Positions 45,325 through 55,716 are shown, counted from the stretch's first letter. The stretch is 64,000 bases of DNA from Pseudomonadota bacterium (GCA_043825875.1 JBDRRF010000005.1:1-64000), one strand, 5' to 3'. Notes: generated by a model from the letters alone, not told the origin. Translations and numbers: made by a program.

Positions 45325-47361
45325 CTACTTATCTTTATTTTCATCTTCTTTCATTTGTTTATACCAGGATTCTTTGCCATAGAGTATGTCCATACATTCC
45401 GGACAGAGGCCATGGCTGAACAATGCATCAGAATGATGCTCAATATAAGTTTCTATCTGGTTCCAATAACCTTTATCATCACGTATTTTTTTGCATTGGG
45501 CACAGATCGGCAGAAGCCCATTAAGAGTTTTGATGTTTTCAAGAGCTTCCTGGAGTTCATTGATTAGTTTTTTACGATCGTTTTCCATTTTTTTCTTTTT
45601 TGTTATATTTGACATTAATGTAGCAAATTGTCCCTCTTGAGGGCTGTATGCCACCACATCATAATATCTGTCTATTTCTTTAACATGAGTTTCAAAATGA
45701 ACAGGTTCCCCGGTAAGGGCAACTTTCCCGTAAGTATCAAACCAGTATGATTCTGTTTGAGGGAATGCTTCAAGCACTGTATTACCTATAAGTTTATTAG
45801 CCTCAATTCCTATGATCTTTTCAAAAGCTTTATTGACTTCCAGAAATCTACAGTTGTATGGCTTACCGTCTTCATCATATATTATTTCATGCAAAGCAAA
45901 TCCAACTGTCATCTTTTCTATCAATGTGCGGTAGCGCTTTTCACTATCTGTTAATGCTTTTTCAACTTGCTTTCGCTCTGTGATGTCTTCGGAAATACCT
46001 TCGATGAATTGAATAGCACCATTGCTGTCCCTGATTATATGAGGAGTATCCAATATTGTGTGTTGTGTGCCATCAGGATGAAGAAAAGACAATTCAATAC
46101 CCTTAACTTCATGTCCGGAAAGCAAATCAGCAAACTTCTTCCTGCCAAGCTCATACTCTTCCGGATTCCAGTTAATTATATTGTCAAAAATATTTTTTCC
46201 AATAGCTTTTTCAGGAGAAATTCCGAATATCGATTTTATTCCGGGACTCGCATACATCAAAGTTCCGTCCAGCGTAAAACTATAAATCATAAATTGGCTG
46301 CTTAACTCTTCTACCAGTCTCTGATATTTATCCTTAGAGCTTTGCAGAGCCTCTTCCGCCAGTTTGCGTTTATTGATTTCTTCTTCCGCTTCTTTAATCT
46401 TTTGTTCAAGTTGTTCATTAAGCTGTTTTAAATCTTTGGTTCGTTGTTCTACAAGGTTCTCCAGATGATCGCGATCCTTGCGTAATTTCGAAGACATTTC
46501 GTTAAATGAACTAACAAGTTCAAAAAACTCTTTACCTTCAGGGTATTCAATATGCTCTCCCAAATGTTCGGGATTGCTGACTATTTTAACAGACTTTTCC
46601 CTTATATAATTAAGGGGTGCAAATATGAAACTTTTGGTCAGATAGGTTATTGAGCCGAAAAGAGCTGCCAATATTAAGAGCAGTATTGCTGAAAGATGAA
46701 ATGAAAGTTTGTTGATCTGGGCAAATACATCTTCAACAGGTATTCGAATGGAGATGGCGGAAACAACTTCATCAACAGAACGGTTAAAACTTCTGGAAGC
46801 CCCGTATTGTTTCACCATATCGATTGGCGCTGTATCAGGATTGCTGTGGCATCTCAAGCAGCTTTCTTCCATTACCTCACCACGCTTAAGTACAACCAGA
46901 AATCTTTTACTCTCAAATTCCCGTATTGTCTTTGATTCCTTGATGTCCGGATTATTATTGAGTTTTTTTATGAAAGATTTTTCAAATGCATCTGCTTCAT
47001 TTTCAGGGCTTCTTGCATTAATAGCACATTCTTTGTAGTAATATTTTCTATCGGTTATTGATTTGAAATATTTATCTATTTCGCGGACTGCATATGTTGA
47101 TGACATCCAGATCGGATCAAAATAATCCGTCATTTTCATTGGACCAAGTTTTTTAAAAAGGACCGGTTTTAGTTGGTGTGAAAAGTAAGTGTGGATTGAA
47201 AGGTTCCGGTTAAGTGTTATCATTGCTTCTTCTTTGGCACTATTAACAGCATATATTTTCATTTGCCAGTTTATAATGGCAATCAATGCAAAAGCAGAAC
47301 AAAAAACCAGAAAAGCAATTGATAAAAACAAACGAGTGTTGATTTTATAAGGAGTTTTCAT
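45325..47361 (-). CDS. Membrane sensor: periplasmic haem-c (DUF3365-like) domain, HAMP, two PAS domains and a Cys-rich C-terminal domain; no kinase domain
   Basis: CLRCH haem motif, NARSPENEAD, DITERK PAS end, LPICAQCKKIRDDKGYW...FSHGLCPEC. Confidence 0.82.
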   Translation of the reverse strand: MKTPYKINTRLFLSIAFLVFCSAFALIAIINWQMKIYAVNSAKEEAMITLNRNLSIHTYFSHQLKPVLFKKLGPMKMTDYFDPIWMSSTYAVREIDKYFKSITDRKYYYKECAINARSPENEADAFEKSFIKKLNNNPDIKESKTIREFESKRFLVVLKRGEVMEESCLRCHSNPDTAPIDMVKQYGASRSFNRSVDEVVSAISIRIPVEDVFAQINKLSFHLSAILLLILAALFGSITYLTKSFIFAPLNYIREKSVKIVSNPEHLGEHIEYPEGKEFFELVSSFNEMSSKLRKDRDHLENLVEQRTKDLKQLNEQLEQKIKEAEEEINKRKLAEEALQSSKDKYQRLVEELSSQFMIYSFTLDGTLMYASPGIKSIFGISPEKAIGKNIFDNIINWNPEEYELGRKKFADLLSGHEVKGIELSFLHPDGTQHTILDTPHIIRDSNGAIQFIEGISEDITERKQVEKALTDSEKRYRTLIEKMTVGFALHEIIYDEDGKPYNCRFLEVNKAFEKIIGIEANKLIGNTVLEAFPQTESYWFDTYGKVALTGEPVHFETHVKEIDRYYDVVAYSPQEGQFATLMSNITKKKKMENDRKKLINELQEALENIKTLNGLLPICAQCKKIRDDKGYWNQIETYIEHHSDALFSHGLCPECMDILYGKESWYKQMKEDENKDK

Positions 47362-47650
47362 GTTTGTTCCCCTTGTTTTCTAATTACTATATTGATTGAA
47401 ATAGCTTTTAAAAGTGGCCTCCGGAAGTGATTATTTGAGAATCAAGTTTTTACTTTTTACCTGATGATATGTAACTCATATTTTATAGTGGATTTATTAT
47501 AAACAGAAAGCCGGCAGGATGCAAGCAATTGACTTATACCATTGTGTTTTTGATTATCCAAAAAACATTTGAAATGATCAATGCCTGTTCAAAATTCTAT
47601 AATACGATTCAAAATACCCATTAAATTAATCAGCAAATTATGCTCTTAGA

Positions 47651-47854
47651 CAAATTGAGAGAACAGTTCTATTGCTGCACTTTGGGGTAATGTGCATTTT
47701 GCTTTCGGCGGTTCTCTCATGCGGCGAATTCTTCATCTGATTGTTACGTTTATCCGGCATCCCAGCTATTAGCGGACCGCCACATCATTACTTATCCGGA
47801 TAAAAAAAATCAGAGAAAAGTCCTTTAATTGTTCCCCCGGAGTTGTTTAACTTC
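47651..47854. repeat. Degenerate direct repeat, copy 1 (left of the PIN TA pair)
   Basis: Shares CGGCGGTTCTCTCATGCGGCGAA and ...CCCGGAGTTGTTTA with copy 2. Confidence 0.75.
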
Positions 47855-47909
47855 TGCATAAAAACGATAATCCTTGACCGTGATTCAATGGTATGATATA
47901 TAATACCGT

Positions 47910-48329
47910 ATGAAAATCGTTATAGATACAAATGTACTATTTACAGCTTTAAAATCCCAGCTTGGTGCTTCGTATAAATTAGTTTCTCTTATACCAAGCA
48001 AGAAATATTCAATTGTAATATCAGTGCCTTTGATTATTGAATATGAAGATGTTCTGAGGCGGGGAAAGCTCCCAAATTCTATTACTGAAAAAGACATCAC
48101 AGATTTTATCGATTTTTTATGTTATGTCGGAGAACATCAAGAAATTTTCTTCCTCTGGCGACCTTTCTTGCCTGATTCCTCCGATGACCTTGTTCTAGAA
48201 GTTGCAGTTGCAAGCAGTTGCGATGCGATTATAACATACAATAAACGTCATTTTAAAAACGTAGAAAAATTTGGTTTAAGAATTCTTGATCCAAGAGAAT
48301 TTCTTACCGAGATAGGAGTGATATCATGA
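47910..48329 (+). CDS. PIN-domain toxin
   Basis: IVIDTNV, EYEDVL, LWRPFLPDSSDDLVLEVA, IITYNKRHF. Confidence 0.9.
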   Translation: MKIVIDTNVLFTALKSQLGASYKLVSLIPSKKYSIVISVPLIIEYEDVLRRGKLPNSITEKDITDFIDFLCYVGEHQEIFFLWRPFLPDSSDDLVLEVAVASSCDAIITYNKRHFKNVEKFGLRILDPREFLTEIGVIS

Positions 48330-48562
48330 GTACCTTAAGTTTGCGTATTCCAAATTCTCTGCATGAACAGATAAGGCAATTAGCTAAGCAAGAAGGAATT
48401 TCAATTAATCAATTTTTAGCGTCTGCTGCCGCTGAAAAAATGTCCGCACTATTGACTGAAGAATATATCCAAGCAAGGGCAAAAAAAGCGAGTTTGAAAA
48501 AATTCCAAAATGTACTCAAAAAGGTACCTAATTCGAAACCAGAAAATTATGACCTGATATAG
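48326..48562 (+). CDS. Ribbon-helix-helix antitoxin (HicB-like C-terminal domain)
   Basis: STLSLRIPNSLHEQIRQLAKQEGISINQF; ATGA overlap with the toxin. Confidence 0.88.
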   Translation: MSTLSLRIPNSLHEQIRQLAKQEGISINQFLASAAAEKMSALLTEEYIQARAKKASLKKFQNVLKKVPNSKPENYDLI

Positions 48563-48669
48563 GCAGTAAATGATACAGGGGAATGTTCTCGGGACATGCT
48601 ATACTCCTTATATCAATCAAAAACATGAAAGATTTAAATATAATGTAATAAGATGATTACATTATATAC

Positions 48670-48819
48670 CAAATTGAGGGTGCATTTCCAGTACTACACA
48701 CCTGCGGTAATATGCATTATACTTCCGGCGGTTCTCTCATGCGGCGAACTCTTCATCATCCAGATTAAAAAATTCAGAGAGAAGCCCTTAAATTGTCACT
48801 CCCGGAGTTGTTTAGCTCC
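48670..48819. repeat. Degenerate direct repeat, copy 2 (right of the PIN TA pair)
   Basis: Identical 23-mer at 48726-48748 versus 47706-47728. Confidence 0.75.
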
Positions 48820-49199
48820 AACAAGCATGTCAAGAATTTTTACACCTTTGGAATTGTACTATAATGCTGTTTATACAAGAGATTCGGCATAATCAATCCC
48901 TTTGTGCCGGAATAAGTGTCGGGATTTTTTGCAATCATAAATTATTTTAAAGATCCTTGCCCTGTAATGCGGTGATGTATGATGAGGGTTACCTCTAAAT
49001 ATTATGAGTATTATAAATATGTTGTTAACGTTCCTTAAAAGGAGTGCGCATGAAATGCAATATTGCATGGTTATTGCTTTATATTTTTAATTAATTTAAT
49101 TAAGGTAGCAAACCTGTAGAAAATATGGTTACTGGGTAATAAAAACATTTGATAACGCGGACGCTTCGCGTAGCGCGATAGATATAAAGAGGTATCAAA

Positions 49200-50216
49200 T
49201 TGGAAAAAAACGCTAAAATGTTCTGGACAGGATTATCACCCGATGAAGCAAGGGAAGCTCTTGTCAATAAAGACAAATCTATGAAGGACAAACGGATGAC
49301 GCTGAAAGAGGCGGTGTCCATGTTTGTAAAGGCCGGGGATAATGTTGGTATCGGCGGTTTCGTTAATGTCCGTCAGCCAATTGCTATAATCCATGAAATT
49401 ATTCGTCAGGGATTCAAAGACCTTATTCTTTCTTTCCATTCAGCAGGTATGGCTCCGGAGCTTCTTGCCGGCGCAATGATAGTAAGGCCTGATCATTGTT
49501 CTATCAAACGAATTGAACTGGCGTATTGGGGCCATGAAGGCTACGGTCTGTCACCTGCCTGGCGTTATGTAGCCGAGCGTGGCTTGGTAGAATTCGAAGA
49601 CTGGAGCAACTACAATATGTCAGCCCGATTCAAGGCCGGTGCTATGGGCCTGCCTTTTATTCCGACCCGCGGTCCGCTTGGTGGCAATGTCCGCAACACC
49701 AGTCGCACCAAGGTCATTGATTGTCCTTTTACCGGACGTCCTATTGCTTTGCTGCCGGCCAGCAATCCTAATGTGGGCCTTATTCATGTTCAGGCAGCCG
49801 ACATGTATGGCAACTGCATTATCCGTGGAACAGACGCCACATGTGCAGAAATCGCTATGGCTTCGGCTCACACCATCGTTACCTGCGAACAGCTCGTTTC
49901 CCATGAACTACTCGTTACCAACCCGAAGGACATCATGATTCCTTTCCCAGCTGTTGATGCGGTTGTCAAAGTGCCTTTTGGCGCTTACCCGGGAGCATGC
50001 CGTCGTCACTATTATTTCAATGGTGACCACATCCTTGAATTCTTAGGTCTTATTGCCCCGATATGCAAGGGTGGAACAACTGACGATTTGAAGGCCTGGT
50101 ATGATGAGTATATCTTTGGCGTTGAAAATTTTGAGGACTATATTGATAAATTCCAGACCAAGAAGCTGTTTGCTGATCAGGCAGCAGAGTCTTACAACTG
50201 CGAGCGATTGGCCTGA
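49200..50216 (+). CDS. Family I CoA-transferase subunit A (glutaconate CoA-transferase-like)
   Basis: IGGF, RFKAGAMGLPFIPTR, CPFTG, IHVQAADMYGN; TTG start after GAGG. Confidence 0.88.
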   Translation: MEKNAKMFWTGLSPDEAREALVNKDKSMKDKRMTLKEAVSMFVKAGDNVGIGGFVNVRQPIAIIHEIIRQGFKDLILSFHSAGMAPELLAGAMIVRPDHCSIKRIELAYWGHEGYGLSPAWRYVAERGLVEFEDWSNYNMSARFKAGAMGLPFIPTRGPLGGNVRNTSRTKVIDCPFTGRPIALLPASNPNVGLIHVQAADMYGNCIIRGTDATCAEIAMASAHTIVTCEQLVSHELLVTNPKDIMIPFPAVDAVVKVPFGAYPGACRRHYYFNGDHILEFLGLIAPICKGGTTDDLKAWYDEYIFGVENFEDYIDKFQTKKLFADQAAESYNCERLA

Positions 50217-50254
50217 TTATCAGATACAGTAATTTCTATTGAAAAGGAGTTATC

Positions 50255-51052
50255 ATGACAATATCAACAGATTATACCGCCCAGGAAATTATTGTTGTGG
50301 CGGGAGCAAAAGTTCTGGAAAATAATAGAATAGTATTTGTGGGGACCGGCCTGCCCATGGTTGCCACTCTTTTGGCAATCCACACCCACGCCCCCGGCCT
50401 GATCCCGGTCTTTGAGGCCGGCGCCGTTGGTCCTCCTCTCCGGCACGGTCTGCCTATATCTGTCGGCGATTCAAAGACCTTCACCGGAGCATCTTACGTG
50501 AAAGGATTAAACGGCGCTTTTGAGCTGACCCAGCGCGGCTTTGCCGATTTCGGCTTTATCGGTGGCGCTGAGGTTGATATGTACGGCAATCTTAATTCTA
50601 CCATGATTGGTGATTATCCTGACGGGTATCAGAAACCGAAAGTCCGGCTTCCGGGCAGCGGCGGTGCCAGTGATATGGCCGCTTCCTGTGATCGAACCAT
50701 TCTCATTGTTCCTCATGATAAGAAGAAATTCAATGAGAAGCTGTCGTACATTACCAGCCCCGGCCATTTAGATGGCAGCCCCAATGCACGCTATAACGCA
50801 GGTATGCAGGGCAAGGGCCCATATCGTCTCATCAGCACCAAAGGTATTTTCGATTTTGAAGAAAAAACCAAAAGAATGCGTCTTATACAGATATTTCCCG
50901 GTGAAACGGTAGAAAGTATTCAGGCGGCAACCGGTTTTGAACTGCTGGTTGCAGATAATGTCACCCAGTTTCCTGCACCGACAAAAGAAGAAGTACGAAT
51001 GATCCGTGAACAAGTCGATCCACTCGGAATTTTCGTCAAACACGCTGCTTAA
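50255..51052 (+). CDS. Family I CoA-transferase subunit B
   Basis: FVGTGLP, FEAG (Glu54), GGAEVDMYGNLNST, RLPGSGGA. Confidence 0.9.
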   Translation: MTISTDYTAQEIIVVAGAKVLENNRIVFVGTGLPMVATLLAIHTHAPGLIPVFEAGAVGPPLRHGLPISVGDSKTFTGASYVKGLNGAFELTQRGFADFGFIGGAEVDMYGNLNSTMIGDYPDGYQKPKVRLPGSGGASDMAASCDRTILIVPHDKKKFNEKLSYITSPGHLDGSPNARYNAGMQGKGPYRLISTKGIFDFEEKTKRMRLIQIFPGETVESIQAATGFELLVADNVTQFPAPTKEEVRMIREQVDPLGIFVKHAA

Positions 51053-51090
51053 AACATTTATTAAAACCATATAACACATGGAGATACGGC

Positions 51091-52650
51091 TTGCGCGCAA
51101 AACCCGGATTTTGCTCTGTGCTTTTGATCAATCCTCCTGTCGTAAGACCCTGCGAACCACCTGCAGGGATTGCGAAGCTTTTGGGGATGCTGGAAAAGCA
51201 TAATGTTCGTTGCCGGGTATTGGATGCCAATCTCGAAGGCCTGATGAATCTTCTGCAAAGTCCCGTCAAGGCCAACGACACTTGGACCAGGCGGGCATCG
51301 CGACATCTGGATTCAAATATTTCCGCGTTTCTTCATACTGATCTCTACAAAGATATTGACCGCTACACACGGGCAGTAAACGATATAGACCGCATTCTCG
51401 ACCAGGTTGCACTTTCTCATGGCGTCCATTTGGGGCTTGCAAATTATCAGGATATCACCCTTTCACCTCTTAGAAGTTTCGATCTCGTACGGGCATCGGA
51501 GCAACCGGAAACGAGTCCCTTTTACTCTTATTTTATAACGCGACTGTCGAATATCTTCGAAGATGAAGAGCCTTCCATTGTTGGAATCTCATTGAACTAT
51601 CTAAGTCAGGCCATACCGACCTTTTCCATGATTGGTCTCATAAGAAAACTTTGCCCTGACGCAAGACTGGTTCTTGGCGGAGGCCTTGTAACATCATGGC
51701 TCAGCAACCCAGGCTGGAACAATCCATTTGATGGTCTTGTTGATGATATGGTGGCAGGGCCGGGCGAAAAGCCCCTCCTTGACATTCTCAAATTGTCTCC
51801 TTTGGATGATCATGCATCACCGGATTACAGTCCTTTTTATGAAAAGCCTTACCTGTCTCCGGGTTTTGTTCTCCCTTACAGCGCGTCAAGTGGCTGCTAC
51901 TGGAGCCGATGCACATTCTGCCCGGAAAAGGCCGAGGGTGGTTCCTATTCTCCCCTTCCGGTGAATGAATCGATCTTAGACATAAAAGGGCTTATCAAAG
52001 ACAAAAAACCCCGTCTCATACATTTTCTCGATAACGCGATAAGTCCGGCGTTCCTTACCGCAATAGCCGACAAACCCTTCGGTATCCCCTGGTACGGATT
52101 TGTTCGCATAACCCGTCAACTGACAGATCTTGACTTCTGTAGAAGCCTGAAACGTTCCGGATGCGTTATGCTTAAGATAGGCCTTGAATCGGGGGACCAG
52201 GGTGTTCTTGATGCACTTGATAAGGGGATTAATCTGAAAGAGGCATCCATGGCATTGAAAAATCTTAGAGATGCCGGTATAGGCACTTACATATATCTGC
52301 TCTTCGGGACACCGTCCGAAACGTACAGAGAGGCAAAAAGCACCCTCGATTATGTTATTAAACATCAAGAGTATATCGACTATCTTAACCTTGCAATATT
52401 CAACATGCCTGCCTATGGTCCGGATGCGGCAGGTATGGATACTAAGGATTTTTATTCGGGTGATTTGACCCTCTACAGTCAATTCAGGCACCCCGGAGGT
52501 TGGGAAAGAAAGGATGTCAGAAAGTTTCTGGATCGCGAGTTTAAAAGAAATCACAAGATCCAGGCAATCTTGCGAAGAGATCCTCCTGTGTTCACATCGA
52601 ACCATGCCCCGTTCTTTGTCATGTCTAAAGGGGAAAAAAGGGGATTGTAA
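51091..52650 (+). CDS. Radical SAM protein with a B12-binding-like N-terminal region
   Basis: LLINPP, GCYWSRCTFC, LGGG, GLESG, YLLFGTPSET; start uncertain. Confidence 0.82.
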   Translation: MRAKPGFCSVLLINPPVVRPCEPPAGIAKLLGMLEKHNVRCRVLDANLEGLMNLLQSPVKANDTWTRRASRHLDSNISAFLHTDLYKDIDRYTRAVNDIDRILDQVALSHGVHLGLANYQDITLSPLRSFDLVRASEQPETSPFYSYFITRLSNIFEDEEPSIVGISLNYLSQAIPTFSMIGLIRKLCPDARLVLGGGLVTSWLSNPGWNNPFDGLVDDMVAGPGEKPLLDILKLSPLDDHASPDYSPFYEKPYLSPGFVLPYSASSGCYWSRCTFCPEKAEGGSYSPLPVNESILDIKGLIKDKKPRLIHFLDNAISPAFLTAIADKPFGIPWYGFVRITRQLTDLDFCRSLKRSGCVMLKIGLESGDQGVLDALDKGINLKEASMALKNLRDAGIGTYIYLLFGTPSETYREAKSTLDYVIKHQEYIDYLNLAIFNMPAYGPDAAGMDTKDFYSGDLTLYSQFRHPGGWERKDVRKFLDREFKRNHKIQAILRRDPPVFTSNHAPFFVMSKGEKRGL

Positions 52651-53060
52651 GGTTTTGGCTTATTGAATGATAATCTTGATAGAGTTGAAAGAAACTTAAA
52701 AACCTTACAGTGTTCCTATTGTCTCTTGGCTAGTAATGGTTAGGCGTAGTAATATTTTAGACATAATTGACAAATTGCATAAAACTTAATAAACGGTTGA
52801 GATCTTATTGGTATATAAAATACAATTGACTATTTTCAACTTTATGGCTTTTGTATTCAAAGCTTAAAAAGCATATCTTATATCTTTATGCATTTAGTTT
52901 CTTACCAATATTATTAAAGGATATTTAGGATATGAAATGAGTAAAGATAATTAATAAAGGGCCCCCTTTTTATAATGCTATGACAAAGCCGTGTAACGGA
53001 TAGCTACTTGCAGAGTCGGGAATTACACCAAAAATCAGAAAGAAATGGAGAACAAGGAAA

Positions 53061-53411
53061 ATGTTGAAGCCATGTTGTTTTATAATACTACTGATGGGAT
53101 TTATTATAGGATGTGGACACACTCAGTCCCATAATGTTGGGCTAATTTCGTTTGGTGATTTGGAAGGTAAAATAATCCCTGAGGATATTGATGGAGAAAT
53201 TCTTGAAGGAAAAGATTGTGCCAGAATAGGTTATAGGCCCTCATGTTATTTATCTAATGCGGTACGCGATGCTTTAAAGCAACGAAATTATGATACGTTA
53301 ATCGATGTTGAAGTTACCAACAGAACCGGATTCTTCGTTCCCTCTAATTGTATACAAGTAAAAGGTAAAGCAATAAATAGCCAATTACTACCAACCTCAG
53401 GAGTTAATTAA
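53061..53411 (+). CDS. Putative small lipoprotein
   Basis: Lipobox IIG-C; GGAG ribosome-binding site; LEGKDC...AVRDAL...LIDVEV. Confidence 0.7.
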   Translation: MLKPCCFIILLMGFIIGCGHTQSHNVGLISFGDLEGKIIPEDIDGEILEGKDCARIGYRPSCYLSNAVRDALKQRNYDTLIDVEVTNRTGFFVPSNCIQVKGKAINSQLLPTSGVN

Positions 53412-53764
53412 TGAAAAAAAATATAAAAAACTTAACTTGTATATTTTTTGTGTTATTTATTTGTAGTTGCACAACACCACATCCTCCTAAGCTCACTTAT
53501 CTGGCGTTAGAAAAACCTAAAGAAATTATAAAAACCGAACAGATGAAGAACTTGAATAAAGAGTTCTCGCGAGGCGGCTTTTATTTCGCTAATTATAACT
53601 TTCGCCCCGCTGCGGACATAAAAAAATTTATAGAACAAGCTGAAAAAGAATCAAATACCAACATATTAAGAAATGCTGATATTCAGCTTAATATCCCATT
53701 TTATTTTGATCTTTTGATCTTCGGTTATAATTATGGAACTGATTATTTGATAACTACGGAATAA
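53411..53764 (+). CDS. Putative small lipoprotein
   Basis: Lipobox ICS-C; translationally coupled (TAATG). Confidence 0.7.
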   Translation: MKKNIKNLTCIFFVLFICSCTTPHPPKLTYLALEKPKEIIKTEQMKNLNKEFSRGGFYFANYNFRPAADIKKFIEQAEKESNTNILRNADIQLNIPFYFDLLIFGYNYGTDYLITTE

Positions 53765-53818
53765 ATAGCTAAAGAAAAAAGACAGCCATGTTTTATAAAG
53801 ACCGGGGCCCTTTATAAT

Positions 53819-54015
53819 TTACTGCTAAGAACCAGCAACGTTTCCATCTCTACGACCATGAGACGGGTTTTGACCGGATAAGTGCTTTGTTCCGCAAGCA
53901 TTGATAGGCGGACCTCCCTGCGATTTATTAATAAAGGAATTGACCAGGGAAAACTAACGGACCTTACAGGTGGTGGTCTTATCCGCAGCAAGGGGGATGG
54001 GCTGCGGTAAAGTCG
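53819..54015 (+). pseudogene. Fragments of a Y1/HUH (RAYT-like) transposase
   Basis: LLLRTSNVSISTTMRRVLTG* (53819-53881) and RFINKGIDQGKLTDLTGGGLIRSKG/WAAVKS with a frameshift (53921-54015). Confidence 0.7.
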
Positions 54016-54114
54016 CTATTTTTAGGGGCTGGAAAGTTATCCTAAACGTTGGGGAAGTATTTGGGACCCGATAGGTATATACAGCGCCGGTCCTGATGAT
54101 GAGTGTGGTTTTTA

Positions 54115-55716
54115 TTACTTATCCAACAAACCTGCTGATTTTAAAAAATCATTTGCCACCTTAGCCGGACTTTGTCCTTTCCCGTCTGCCGCATAATTAA
54201 GCCGCTGCATGGTAGTGTCATCAATCTTGTTATATAAAAGTAAAAGAGTCTCTTTAAGTTCGGGATATTTTTTTAATGTTTCCATTCTTACTACAGGGAC
54301 AGCATTGTATGGAGGAAAGAAGATTTTATCATCCTGTAAAGGTTTGAGTTTATATGCTTCGATTCGACCGTCTGTGGTGAATGCGCAAATTATATCAACT
54401 TTCTTGTTATGTATGGCCTCATACATTAAAGACGGATCAAGATCACGTATGGTTTTAAATGATAGTTTGTAGGTTCTTTTTATTCCCGGATACCCGTCCG
54501 GTCTTTCTGCAAACTCGGATGTAAAGCCTGCATCAAGATTTTGCGCAACTCCTGTAAGATCCGATATCTTTTGCCAATCGTTTTTCTTTGCATCATCCGA
54601 TCGGACGGTAATAGCATATGTATTGTTAAAGCCGAAAGGTTTAAGCCACATCAGATCATACTGTTTCAGATACTTATCAGATACAAACTGTAATGCATCA
54701 TCGGGATTTGATATTACCGGGGCATTGAGTACCGCAGTTAATGCCGTTCCCGTGTATTCGGCATAAAGATCTATTCCTCCGCTTACAAGCGCTCCATGAC
54801 AAATCATGGAGCCGCCTAAGTTAAAGCGACGATCTACAATAATATCCGTTTTTGCTTCAATAAGCTGTGTCATTATCTCACCTAAGATAATCTGTTCGGT
54901 ATAATTTTTTGTTCCGATACGAATTATTTTATCTGCACCCGGATGAGACGATTCATTATATATGGCCGAAAAAGAAGATATGAATGTGGGCAAAACGCCT
55001 GCAAGAACAATTAAAAAAGGAATTGCAAAAACTGCTGGCCTGATAATTGCCTTAAAAGACCGTTCTTTATCTCTTTTTCTTTCAGGCTTTAATGCCCATT
55101 CCAAACCCCCTATTGAAAAATCCACAATCAATGCCAGGATTGCAGCAGGAACAGCGCCAAGAAGAATTAGTTTTGTGTCGGAAAGCGCAAGGCCGCGGTT
55201 TATAAATTGGCCAAGACCTCCAGCTCCTATAAAAGCGGAAAGAGTGGCAATGCCTACACCAACAACCGCAGCTGTCCTGATCCCGGCTACAATAACAGGA
55301 ACTGCAAGTGGAAATCGAACCAGTTTTAACTCCTGGTATGCGGTCATACCTATTCCTTTTGCAGCTTCTATCAGGTTTGGTGGTACACCATCAAGCCCTG
55401 TAAGCGTATTTCTTACAATCGGCAAAAGTGCATAAAGCGTTAAAGCAATAAGTGCAGGCGCAGCTCCTATTTTATTTAATATGGCAAGAAGAAAAACAAG
55501 CATGGCAAGACTTGGTATAGTTTGAAGTATACCTATAATGCCCATAACAGGAGTGCGAAGAAATCCATAGCGGAAAATATATGTTCCTAAAGGCACGCCG
55601 ATTAAGATCGCAAAAAAAGTAGATAAGCCAGTAAGCATAAGGTGTTCGCCGGTACGTAACAACAGCTCAGGCATTCTGCCGGACAGATAAGAGTATATAA
55701 GCCCAAGTTCTGTCAT
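54115..55716 (-). CDS. Osmoprotectant (glycine betaine/choline) ABC transporter, fused permease and substrate-binding protein
   Basis: QTIPSLA, FIGAGGLG, GTKNYTEQ, YAEYTGT, FNNTYA, FFPPY. Confidence 0.9.
   Translation of the reverse strand: MTELGLIYSYLSGRMPELLLRTGEHLMLTGLSTFFAILIGVPLGTYIFRYGFLRTPVMGIIGILQTIPSLAMLVFLLAILNKIGAAPALIALTLYALLPIVRNTLTGLDGVPPNLIEAAKGIGMTAYQELKLVRFPLAVPVIVAGIRTAAVVGVGIATLSAFIGAGGLGQFINRGLALSDTKLILLGAVPAAILALIVDFSIGGLEWALKPERKRDKERSFKAIIRPAVFAIPFLIVLAGVLPTFISSFSAIYNESSHPGADKIIRIGTKNYTEQIILGEIMTQLIEAKTDIIVDRRFNLGGSMICHGALVSGGIDLYAEYTGTALTAVLNAPVISNPDDALQFVSDKYLKQYDLMWLKPFGFNNTYAITVRSDDAKKNDWQKISDLTGVAQNLDAGFTSEFAERPDGYPGIKRTYKLSFKTIRDLDPSLMYEAIHNKKVDIICAFTTDGRIEAYKLKPLQDDKIFFPPYNAVPVVRMETLKKYPELKETLLLLYNKIDDTTMQRLNYAADGKGQSPAKVANDFLKSAGLLDK

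Noticed and set aside
47690..47745. Fluoride or glycine riboswitch, or hammerhead, on the minus strand of the repeat (GATGAAGAATTCGCC...AACCGCCGAAAG)
   Set aside because: Only partial motif resemblance; the required P1/pseudoknot and core nucleotides are missing.
49063..49078. Sigma54 promoter TTGCAT-GGTTA-TTGCT for the CoA-transferase genes
   Set aside because: It lacks the invariant GG at -24; noted only as overlapping a palindrome.
52739..53005. Integron attC-like sites (GTTAGGC at 52739; also GTTGGGC near 43887)
   Set aside because: No matching RYYYAAC inverse core with a pairable stem, and no integrase in the window.
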